From positions 1 to 58,446 of IMG/VR virus record IMGVR_UViG_3300020711_000011: DNA of 58,446 nt. One strand, given 5' to 3'. Below are positions 48,508 through 56,432 of the stretch, one piece after another. Below the pieces are notes generated by a model, which ran no database searches, was not told where the DNA came from, and worked only from the letters and a program-made list of their open reading frames with translations. The DNA comes from a virus (Duplodnaviria > Caudoviricetes). Made by a program: the position numbers and the translations under genes. The stretch's first letter is position 1; every line of letters starts with the position of its first letter.

Positions 48508-48534
48508 TTATATGAAAATATGTGTAAAAGTTTA
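48508..48534 (-). promoter_or_regulatory. Putative middle-class promoter TAAAC-N16-ATATAA
   Basis: Recurring bipartite motif upstream of rnhB. Confidence 0.55.
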
Positions 48535-49218
48535 CTTACCGTTCTCATCTTTCCACTTTTCATAGCGGTTAACAACGTCTTGTAGAATTTTAGCTCTTAC
48601 AATATCTTTTTCGCCAAAGATATGTGTTCCGATTCCTTTAATTCCTTTCAACATATCCATGAACGACGGCAGAGATACCTTTGATTTAGCGATGTCGTGT
48701 TGACTTACGTCTCCAGCAACTATCACTTTAGAATCCTTACCCATTCTGGTAACAAAAAGCATCAATTGTTTATAATCGGCGTTTTGCGCTTCATCAAGGA
48801 TCATCAATGCATCATCGAATGTATCACCTCTCATGTATGCGAGCGGTTGAAATTCAATAATGCCTTTTCCGAATAGGGTTTCAGTCTGAGAGAAGCCTAT
48901 GATTTTTTCAATATTGGATTTATAAGATTTCATGTAGGGATCCACCTTCTCATCGATCGTTCCTGGTAAAAAACCAAGTTTCTCTCCAGCCTCTTGAATG
49001 GGCTTACATAAAATAATTCTTTTAATTTTCTGTTCTTGTAATAATTGGAGTGCTACATAGCATGCTGTAAAAGTTTTAGAGGTACCTGCTGGTCCATAAC
49101 AAAATGTAATATCATTCTCTAAAACCGTATCGACATAATTAATTTGAGATTGCCTTAATTGTACGTGATTGGTTGTTTCCTTCTGACTGCTGTTCTTTTG
49201 ATTTTTAGATGATGCCAT
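48532..49218 (-). CDS. phoH: PhoH family ATPase
   Basis: GPAGTSKT, LGFLPG, LAYMRG, ILDEAQN and GDVSQ motifs. Confidence 0.93.
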   Translation of the reverse strand: MASSKNQKNSSQKETTNHVQLRQSQINYVDTVLENDITFCYGPAGTSKTFTACYVALQLLQEQKIKRIILCKPIQEAGEKLGFLPGTIDEKVDPYMKSYKSNIEKIIGFSQTETLFGKGIIEFQPLAYMRGDTFDDALMILDEAQNADYKQLMLFVTRMGKDSKVIVAGDVSQHDIAKSKVSLPSFMDMLKGIKGIGTHIFGEKDIVRAKILQDVVNRYEKWKDENGK

Positions 49219-49234
49219 GCATTTTATCTATTTT

Positions 49235-49492
49235 TTAGTCTCCTGCCATTATAACAAGATCCTTGAGCTTCATCAGTTTTTCGCACTTTTCATACTCTTC
49301 CAAGTCTTCAAAGTACTCAACCAATAAATCTATAAATTTTGATCGTTGACCAGTTCCGTGTGGGATTTCGATGGTATTCTTACCATCTTGGAATGCAATA
49401 AACCTGTTCACAGTCTTGGTAAAGTTTCTAGTTACATTGTAGTAACTAGATCTCATTAGGCTATCTTTTTCTTCGTTAGACATATAATTCAT
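49235..49492 (-). CDS. Small protein with C-terminal UVR (UvrB/C)-like motif
   Basis: YFEDLEEYEKCEKLMKL; start revised to lie downstream of the late motif at 49539-49546. Confidence 0.7.
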   Translation of the reverse strand: MNYMSNEEKDSLMRSSYYNVTRNFTKTVNRFIAFQDGKNTIEIPHGTGQRSKFIDLLVEYFEDLEEYEKCEKLMKLKDLVIMAGD

Positions 49493-49615
49493 TACCAGTC
49501 TGTTCTTTCTTTTTGTGGCTGTATACCGTTGTTCGAGGTATATATTACAGCCGAACAAATAATACAACAATTTCGGATATTTTATTACGTTAATAAAATG
49601 TAACAAAATCCCTGA

Positions 49616-49804
49616 TTAGTCTATGTTTTGTTGTTTTTGTTGTTTGTAGATTGCTTTAAGGTTCTGAGTTCTATTGATAACACTTGGTTTTTCGAACTCT
49701 TTTCTTTTTTGTAGCTCTTGGGTTTGCTTAGTTTTAAGAACCTTTCTTTTGTATTCCTTTAGAGCTTTTTCAATATTACCGTCTTTGATATTAACTATAA
49801 TCAT
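49616..49804 (-). CDS. rpsU: Ribosomal protein bS21
   Basis: NIEKALKEYKRK...RKEFEKPS...KAIY, Bacteroidia-like. Confidence 0.92.
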   Translation of the reverse strand: MIIVNIKDGNIEKALKEYKRKVLKTKQTQELQKRKEFEKPSVINRTQNLKAIYKQQKQQNID

Positions 49805-50061
49805 AGAGTTTCAATAATTTTTTTAAGGTTGTGACACTTTTCATATTCTTCGCGAGATTCAAACCATTTTATTAATATATCTAATGCTTCAATTTGAGTT
49901 TCTCGAGGTACATTTCCATCTTGTAGAGCACCCATCTTTTTTTCAATCAATGCGCGATATGTGATTTCCATCATTTGCGCCTGATTTAATGTTGCTAAAT
50001 AACTAAAGAATTGGTTTGGATTATTTCCATCTAGTATATCATCATACTGTTCCACTTTCAA
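49801..50061 (-). CDS. Small protein with C-terminal UVR-like motif
   Basis: WFESREEYEKCHNLKKI; overlaps both the J-protein gene and rpsU. Confidence 0.7.
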   Translation of the reverse strand: MKVEQYDDILDGNNPNQFFSYLATLNQAQMMEITYRALIEKKMGALQDGNVPRETQIEALDILIKWFESREEYEKCHNLKKIIETL

Positions 50062-50851
50062 CTTCCTTTATTTTATGTATCAGCTCAATTTGAGCATCAT
50101 TTAGGCCGTGGAATGTTGTGTTTAGTTTTACAAGAATCGAACCCGATTCGTGCGTATTGTATATTGGTAGTCCTTTTCCTGGAATTCTAAGTACTTTTCC
50201 AGGTCCTGATTTCGGAGGTATCTTAAATGATATTTTTCCGGTTGGAGCCGTAATTTCTGCGGTAGTACCCAATATCATATCATAGAACCTGACATTGGTT
50301 TCGAACCATATATCATTCCCTTGTATGATAAATTGTTCACTTGGTATAATTGTAACCGTGACAATTAGATCACCCCTGGGAGCGTTACTGTTCATTGGGT
50401 GATATTGACCTCTTTGCGGGTACTTAAATATCATTCCGTTCTTCACTCCTTTTGGAAAATTGATGTTTATCTTATCGTATCCCATGTCAAACACTCGTTG
50501 CGCGCCATAGATCACGTCGTAGATGGACAATTGAGCCGAAACCTTGACGTCCGGACCCTTGTTTCCTCGGTTTCCAAATATGTTATCGAAGTCTCCGGCA
50601 AAATTACTGCCGAAATTAAAGTTCTTTAGCAGATCTTCAAGGGACGGACCGCTTTGTGTACGATCGTAAGTTGCCTTTTTATTTGGATCACTTAAGACGC
50701 TATAAGCTTCTTGGATCTGTTGAAATCTGACTTTGGTATTTGCATCTGGATTTTTATCAGGATGGAATTCCTTTGCCAGATTTCGGTATGCACGCTTGAT
50801 TTCATCCTGCGTTGCAGCATCACTAACTCCTAATGTGTTGTAGTGACTCAT
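50042..50851 (-). CDS. DnaJ/CbpA-type (class B) co-chaperone
   Basis: J domain with HPD, short G/F region, DnaJ_C domain, no zinc finger. Confidence 0.93.
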   Translation of the reverse strand: MSHYNTLGVSDAATQDEIKRAYRNLAKEFHPDKNPDANTKVRFQQIQEAYSVLSDPNKKATYDRTQSGPSLEDLLKNFNFGSNFAGDFDNIFGNRGNKGPDVKVSAQLSIYDVIYGAQRVFDMGYDKININFPKGVKNGMIFKYPQRGQYHPMNSNAPRGDLIVTVTIIPSEQFIIQGNDIWFETNVRFYDMILGTTAEITAPTGKISFKIPPKSGPGKVLRIPGKGLPIYNTHESGSILVKLNTTFHGLNDAQIELIHKIKEVESGTV

Positions 50852-51087
50852 TATTTCTCGTTTTTACGTCTGTCAATAGCCTCTTGTATCTTTTCTCTGG
50901 TACCGGTAACGATATCGATTTTTTGCTGACGTTCCATTAAATCGGCAACTCGTTTAAGTTGTTTGGCTAGTTCTTGAGCGGTTGATTCGGTAATAGGAGA
51001 GACTGTGTTCTTGCTCTTTGGAGATGCCAGGGCTGTGGTCCATCCCTTTGGAACTTTAGCGGGCAATTTTACTTTTTTATCTGACAT
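50851..51087 (-). CDS. Small basic hypothetical protein
   Basis: 78-aa ORF coupled to the J-protein gene. Confidence 0.6.
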   Translation of the reverse strand: MSDKKVKLPAKVPKGWTTALASPKSKNTVSPITESTAQELAKQLKRVADLMERQQKIDIVTGTREKIQEAIDRRKNEK

Positions 51088-51141
51088 AATATTGTAATAT
51101 TTTAATCTATTTTATATATTCGGCTTTCTTTGTTTACAAGA

Positions 51142-51163
51142 ATGGGTTCCTTTCGGAACCCAT
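51142..51163 (-). terminator. Hairpin/terminator
   Basis: ATGGGTTCC-GAAA-GGAACCCAT with a weak T tail. Confidence 0.7.
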
Positions 51164-51186
51164 ATCATATCACTACCATAAAATCT

Positions 51187-51519
51187 CTAAATTTGTTCAA
51201 GGTAATCTCTAAGAATCGAACACTTTTCGTACTCTTCGGTCTTTACGAAATAGTTCATCATAAATTCCAGAGTTGCCTTTAATTTTACCATTGCTTCAGG
51301 ATCCAAATTAACCATTTGTCTTGTAGCATTGATGTCTAAACCGTGCATTTGTATGGTTTCGTAATTAAACCTAACATATCCATCGATCGCCTTTTCAAAG
51401 ATTTCATTTGCTTTCATTTTGTCTTCTGAAGAGAAGTCATCTGGAAATTCATTGTCATTGAAATTTTCTTCAAAGCCATCTTCGTCATCAAAAAAGTCGT
51501 CGTTAAAATCGTCAATCAT
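51187..51519 (-). CDS. Acidic small protein with C-terminal UVR-like motif
   Basis: D/F-rich N-terminus; YFVKTEEYEKCSILRDYL. Confidence 0.72.
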   Translation of the reverse strand: MIDDFNDDFFDDEDGFEENFNDNEFPDDFSSEDKMKANEIFEKAIDGYVRFNYETIQMHGLDINATRQMVNLDPEAMVKLKATLEFMMNYFVKTEEYEKCSILRDYLEQI

Positions 51520-51538
51520 AAGTTATTTATTTAATTTA

Positions 51539-51573
51539 TGTAAATATAAACAATTTATCTGATACGGTAAAAT
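51539..51573 (-). promoter_or_regulatory. Early promoter repeat, copy 3
   Basis: TTTTACCGTATCAGATAAATTGTTTATATTTACA. Confidence 0.75.
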
Positions 51574-51578
51574 TTATT

Positions 51579-51953
51579 TTAAGAAATTTTAACCTTTTTT
51601 ACAGTTTTTTCTGGTTTAACAGATTCAAATCCAATTGTCAATATTCCATTAATCAAAGATGCTTCAACCTTATTTAAATTTTTAATTTTAAATGATGTTT
51701 CAAAGCTTCTTTTATAAAAGGTTTCGTCTTCTGATTTGATTTCTGCTGAAATTTTCAGTAAATCATTTTCAATTTCGATGTTTAATTCTTCTTGAGAATA
51801 TCCTGGTACGATAAATATTATCGAATCATCATGAACAGTATAAGACGGATAAGAATACGTGGTCGTTGTTTTTTTCCATCCTATTGGATCATACGTTAAT
51901 AATCTTTCTAAATCATGCAGGTCGCTGGTTCTAGTGTTAAATAGTGAAAACAT
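51579..51953 (-). CDS. Small heat-shock protein (Hsp20/alpha-crystallin)
   Basis: VPGYSQEELNIEI..LKIS, ASLINGILTI, C-terminal V-K-I motif. Confidence 0.88.
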   Translation of the reverse strand: MFSLFNTRTSDLHDLERLLTYDPIGWKKTTTTYSYPSYTVHDDSIIFIVPGYSQEELNIEIENDLLKISAEIKSEDETFYKRSFETSFKIKNLNKVEASLINGILTIGFESVKPEKTVKKVKIS

Positions 51954-51998
51954 ATTTTTTAAGTTTTAATTTTCTGGATTATTCCATTACTAATATAC

Positions 51999-52051
51999 CT
52001 ATAAAAACTGTGCCATTCAATATAAATTAATATAAAAATGACATATTGTCA
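51999..52051 (-). promoter_or_regulatory. Sigma54-like -24 element plus TGACA-N3-TGTCA palindrome upstream of hsp20
   Basis: TGGCACAGTTTTTAT at 52015-52001; palindrome at 52039-52051. Confidence 0.55.
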
Positions 52052-52056
52052 TACTT

Positions 52057-52797
52057 TTAAGATTCAAATGGTAAAACTGTCATACCACTTAATCTTAATA
52101 AGACATTTCCAGTCGCTTTGACGTCTCTTTCGCAGTATTGTATAATTTGATCCAGGTTACCCTTCCAATAGTTTGAAGATACTTCACCACCTTCCATCTG
52201 TTCCTTTGGCGATGGGATCCCCAGTGATTCGCATACAACTCCTAGTTTTGCAGAGGTCCAACCACCAAACTTCCAGATCTCTGCGGTATCTAATAAACAG
52301 TTATCCCATGGTTTGATTTTTTGCATATGCAACTGATGTGGCAATTTAACTCCTAACATCATTGCCTTTCTACAAATAAAAGGTATATCGAATCCTTTAA
52401 TGTAGTGTCCTACGATTTTAATCGATGGAACCTTTGAAAAGATAGTTCCTAGGACTCCTAAGAATTCTTCCAACATTTGTTTTTCATCTCCACTGAAAGT
52501 TCTTACTTTGAAATCTACAGGTTCATCCAATTCATTAAATTTGATTTGACCCATTGAGATGCAAACCAATCTTGCCCATTCTGGATATAATGGCGACTGT
52601 GTGTTATATAAACCTTCTTCATTAAGCTTAATGAGATCAGGTCTCTCTTGCCGAATTGCTTTACATTTTTCATCCCACCAGCTCTTCATATTAGAATTGC
52701 TTGGTAATGAATCCAACCACTCATTATAATCTGCGTGCGATGACGCAGTTTCAATGTCAATAAACAACATTGTTTTTAACTCTTCTACTTTATACAT
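52057..52797 (-). CDS. PolB-related 3'-5' exonuclease (DEDDy, RNase H-like)
   Basis: FIDIET, GHYIKGFDIPF, LDT and YCERDV motifs; start revised to MYKVE. Confidence 0.88.
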   Translation of the reverse strand: MYKVEELKTMLFIDIETASSHADYNEWLDSLPSNSNMKSWWDEKCKAIRQERPDLIKLNEEGLYNTQSPLYPEWARLVCISMGQIKFNELDEPVDFKVRTFSGDEKQMLEEFLGVLGTIFSKVPSIKIVGHYIKGFDIPFICRKAMMLGVKLPHQLHMQKIKPWDNCLLDTAEIWKFGGWTSAKLGVVCESLGIPSPKEQMEGGEVSSNYWKGNLDQIIQYCERDVKATGNVLLRLSGMTVLPFES

Positions 52798-52798
52798 A

Positions 52799-53047
52799 TT
52801 ACGCTTCTTTAATGATGTCAAAAATTGAGCAAGGATAGATCCAATACGCTCTATTTAATTTCTTAGCGTCTGCTGGATCGGCTGGTACGTGGAAACTGTA
52901 CCATTTATAACCATAATGTTTGGTTAGATCTTCATTGACTGAGGCTAAAACTCCTACTCTTTGTGAAAAACCACCGAATAGAAATTCATATTCCTTGCCA
53001 ACTTTAGGATTTGCAACGTTAATAGGTCTTGCTTCTTTTTTTGCCAT
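52799..53047 (-). CDS. Hypothetical early protein
   Basis: ORF with start revised to MAKKE, behind a TATATTTG promoter. Confidence 0.6.
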   Translation of the reverse strand: MAKKEARPINVANPKVGKEYEFLFGGFSQRVGVLASVNEDLTKHYGYKWYSFHVPADPADAKKLNRAYWIYPCSIFDIIKEA

Positions 53048-53064
53048 AAGAATTAATTTATAAG

Positions 53065-53095
53065 ACAAATATAAAACAAATTTTTCAAACTAAAA
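53065..53095 (-). promoter_or_regulatory. Bacteroidota sigmaA-like promoter
   Basis: TTTTTTAGTTTGAAAAATTTGTTTTATATTTGT; -7 element TAnnTTTG. Confidence 0.7.
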
Positions 53096-53114
53096 AATAT
53101 TTTTCAATATTTTT

Positions 53115-53354
53115 TTAAAAACTTGTTCCTGTTTGATCATCCCAAGTATGGGATTGTCTTATTTTGCAAAATTGCTCGTAATTAATAGTTACTGCAACAT
53201 ATCCTCCTGTGACTGAGTAGGGGGCTTCACTCTCGGAGAACCAATACGGAGGGGTCTCTTCGATTCTATCATTTAGAAAATCGAAAAGTTCATCTATTTG
53301 CATGTGATGTACGTGGACTGTTATAACCATGCAATTGTTATTTGGATATCCCAT
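53115..53354 (-). CDS. Hypothetical protein
   Basis: 79-aa ORF coupled to the ATP-grasp gene. Confidence 0.55.
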   Translation of the reverse strand: MGYPNNNCMVITVHVHHMQIDELFDFLNDRIEETPPYWFSESEAPYSVTGGYVAVTINYEQFCKIRQSHTWDDQTGTSF

Positions 53355-54307
53355 TATTTTTGTACTTTCCAGTTTGGATTTTGTTTCATGTTCTGTTTAA
53401 TATCTGCATCTCTAAATTCTTTCAATAACTTTTCAGTATCTCCAGAAATTTGAGTTTGGTAATAATCTTGGTAGATTCTTTGGTACACCATCGACATTAC
53501 TCCAAATAAGGCTCCAGGTTCTGAATTCATTTCGAACACGTAGATCTTATCCTTCTTATCCACTGCGATATCGATCGCATAAAAGTCTAAGTCATAATGT
53601 TGCTCGATAAAATAATCGCATGCTTTTAAGAATGCATCAGAAGGTGAACCCTTCATTAAAGTATATCCAAAGTTTGTTTCATCCTCAGGATCCTTTTCAC
53701 CGATATCTTCGGTCTCTTCATCCATCGGTATTCTAGTACACCATTGTAATATCTCTCCTCTCCATAGAAAGAATCTATATTCCTGTTTGATATCGATCTT
53801 TTCACCAAAAGAAGTAAATTGACGTAGATCTGCTTTATCCATGTCTTCTTGCGTATCAAACACTTGAATTCCTAATCCGCTATGATTGTTATCCGGTTTT
53901 GCAACTATCGGAAACTTTAATTCACTAATGTCCTTTGGATCAAATACAGTTGGAATGATGTATGGACTTTTTGCGTGTAATTTATAAAATTCTGATTTGG
54001 ATGCTACTCTCTTTTTTGCATCAATCCAATTATAAACTTGTTTCTCTCTAATAGCTCCAGATTTTAAGAACTTTTGTAGGGTCTCAGTATCGTAATTTAA
54101 AACTGGTAAATCTTTCTTGATCGATGAATCCTTGTCATCTCTAACGGCAATTACCCAATAATCTCGGGTTGAATAGTCTGGGCCAGTGATAAATGAATTC
54201 TTAAGTCTTTTTCTTCTGGTAATCATTACCTTCTGAAATTCTTCACGAACATATGCTTCCTGCATAAACTGTTCGAACATCATTATTTTAGTTAGAGATT
54301 TCTTCAT
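53354..54307 (-). CDS. ATP-grasp ligase (RimK/YheCD-like)
   Basis: FPIVAKP..HSGLGI, EYR, YAIDI and FEMNSEPG motifs; N-terminal MMFEQFMQE. Confidence 0.85.
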   Translation of the reverse strand: MKKSLTKIMMFEQFMQEAYVREEFQKVMITRRKRLKNSFITGPDYSTRDYWVIAVRDDKDSSIKKDLPVLNYDTETLQKFLKSGAIREKQVYNWIDAKKRVASKSEFYKLHAKSPYIIPTVFDPKDISELKFPIVAKPDNNHSGLGIQVFDTQEDMDKADLRQFTSFGEKIDIKQEYRFFLWRGEILQWCTRIPMDEETEDIGEKDPEDETNFGYTLMKGSPSDAFLKACDYFIEQHYDLDFYAIDIAVDKKDKIYVFEMNSEPGALFGVMSMVYQRIYQDYYQTQISGDTEKLLKEFRDADIKQNMKQNPNWKVQK

Positions 54308-54340
54308 GTTGTATATATTCTCATCTCTATATATAAATCG

Positions 54341-55219
54341 ATGAGAAAAGCTATCTGGGTTTTAGAGAATGTCGATGGAAATCGTGAGTTTTATACCAGC
54401 GTTAAAATTTTAATGCTGCTTTCAAGTGTCATCAATTGGAAAAGATACAATGAAACCAATAACGCGCTGCATACGGATTCAATGACCTTGGCAGTCCTAA
54501 GCAACCTAGGAGTCTTGGATCTATGGGATGAAATTCATACCAACATAATAGACCAAGAGACTGTGATTGATAAGAGATCTTATTGGGCATCTTCTAAATT
54601 AAGAGTATTAATTAATCAAACTGAACCGGTTACATTGGTTGATTATGACTTTATAACATACACTAATTTGACAGAACTTGGAAAGGATTCCGCTTTTGTT
54701 TATTCATACGATGAAAATGGAACTCAATCATATTTTGGAGGAACTAATCCAGATGTTAAAAAATTAAATAACATTCCAGATTTTTTAAAAAGAAGTAAAA
54801 GCCTAGATGCTGCTAATGTTTCATATCTTTCTTTTAATGATATCGAATTTCAGTTAGAATATGCAAAGTATTCTTTGGCATGTATCGAAGAATTTTCTGA
54901 AATGGGAGTAAAGGGTACAAGCTATCTAACTTTTGCCGAACAAAAAATATTAAAGCAACTTGCGTTACATCTTGGTGTTAAACACGTTCCATTGATTAAA
55001 AATGAATTTAAATCTTCAAAGCAAGGATTTATAAATGTGATGAATCCTGATGGAATATGGCATGTTGATGATGCAAATTTTAAATTTAAACACATCGGTA
55101 CCGATAAAGCATTTATAAAAAATGGAGATCCAACCTTTATTTTTTTATGTAATAGTATAAGATCCAAAATCGATCAAGCTCATTTGGATAGAATCTTAGA
55201 ATTAGATCAACCGTTATAA
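54341..55219 (+). CDS. GT-A-fold glycosyltransferase-like protein (possibly DUF6734-like)
   Basis: LHTD, YWASSKL, LVDYDF (DxD) and FAEQ motifs; the only credible plus-strand gene. Confidence 0.65.
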   Translation: MRKAIWVLENVDGNREFYTSVKILMLLSSVINWKRYNETNNALHTDSMTLAVLSNLGVLDLWDEIHTNIIDQETVIDKRSYWASSKLRVLINQTEPVTLVDYDFITYTNLTELGKDSAFVYSYDENGTQSYFGGTNPDVKKLNNIPDFLKRSKSLDAANVSYLSFNDIEFQLEYAKYSLACIEEFSEMGVKGTSYLTFAEQKILKQLALHLGVKHVPLIKNEFKSSKQGFINVMNPDGIWHVDDANFKFKHIGTDKAFIKNGDPTFIFLCNSIRSKIDQAHLDRILELDQPL

Positions 55220-56427
55220 ACTAAATTCACAGCGCCTTGTTCTTCTCCATATATTGATGGAGTATCTATTGGATGGTGAGGATTTTGTTCGTATGCCCAA
55301 TCTTTAACTCCAAGCTCTTTAAATCTTTTTACAATTTTCTCGTTATAATAGAGCATGATTGTTTTGACTCTTCGTTGAATATCAGCTCTAGTACGATCTT
55401 GCGTATTCATTTCAGTTCCATCATTATATAAAAATTGAATATAAAGGGTTTTCGGTATATGAACCATTTTTGTATTAAGAAAAGTTCTTATGATTAACTC
55501 ATAATCATCTGCTATAGTTAATCCACGAGCATGTCCACCAATCTCAAAATAGGTTGAACGCCTCCATGCTCTAATATGATTTGGAACTCCAACAATATGT
55601 CTAATTGTTTTAGGATTTATAGGAGGAGTAATCGAAGATTGTACCTCATGACCCATAACATAGTCAGTTCTATATGTTCCATATCCAAGCGCAAAACCTT
55701 CTCCATAAATATTAGATTTCCAATCAATTGAAACTTCAGGTGCATCTGAATAAAAGAATCCGGCATCTGGAAACATCTGAGACGCTTTATATAAGTGTTC
55801 TGCACAATCAGGAGTCAATAGGTCATCATGATCCAGCTCTGCCAATATTTCACCTTTACACATGCATGCTGCTCGCCACTTAACCTCTCCTATCAAACCG
55901 CCACTTTTTTCTTTAAAATCATAAACTCTAACCCTAGTATCTTTATCTGCTAAATCTTCTGCGATCTTTAATGTTATACCATCATCATTTGAATCGTTCA
56001 CCATCACCCATTCCCAATTATTGTGGGTTTGGTTTTTAAGAGATTCGTAAGTTTTGTATAGTTTTTCTTTGGTATTGTATATTGGAGTAAAGAACGAAAT
56101 CAATTCCTTTCTATCGGTAATATTTAGAATATCGTGCATTGCAACTCGATATGCCATATCTCCCATGAGTGATGATTGCTCTTTAACGTTTATCCATTTC
56201 CTTCTAATTTCTAAAGGAGCTACAAATAGCTTTGGCAAACTTGATTCATCTTGAACACACGATAATATCGCATCGGGTTTAAATCGATTAATGACTTGAA
56301 ATATTTCATCATCATTATTAATATACTCAACCTCAAGTTCAGAAGATTCATAGTACACTGGATTATTTGTTGTTAGGACTGGAGTCCCTTCACCGATAAA
56401 TAGAATCCTTGGATTTCTTACTTTCAT
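55207..56427 (-). CDS. GT2 family glycosyltransferase
   Basis: SFFTPIYN, WEWVMVNDS, ELDHDD and ADDYEL motifs. Confidence 0.9.
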   Translation of the reverse strand: MKVRNPRILFIGEGTPVLTTNNPVYYESSELEVEYINNDDEIFQVINRFKPDAILSCVQDESSLPKLFVAPLEIRRKWINVKEQSSLMGDMAYRVAMHDILNITDRKELISFFTPIYNTKEKLYKTYESLKNQTHNNWEWVMVNDSNDDGITLKIAEDLADKDTRVRVYDFKEKSGGLIGEVKWRAACMCKGEILAELDHDDLLTPDCAEHLYKASQMFPDAGFFYSDAPEVSIDWKSNIYGEGFALGYGTYRTDYVMGHEVQSSITPPINPKTIRHIVGVPNHIRAWRRSTYFEIGGHARGLTIADDYELIIRTFLNTKMVHIPKTLYIQFLYNDGTEMNTQDRTRADIQRRVKTIMLYYNEKIVKRFKELGVKDWAYEQNPHHPIDTPSIYGEEQGAVNLVYNG

Positions 56428-56432
56428 ATAAA

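Noticed and set aside
46100-52797. Bacterial chromosomal contig or chimera because of rpsU, the J-protein, rnhB, phoH and uvsE
   Set aside because: These genes share phage promoter motifs, strand and composition with the T4-like structural module and lack bacterial operon neighbours
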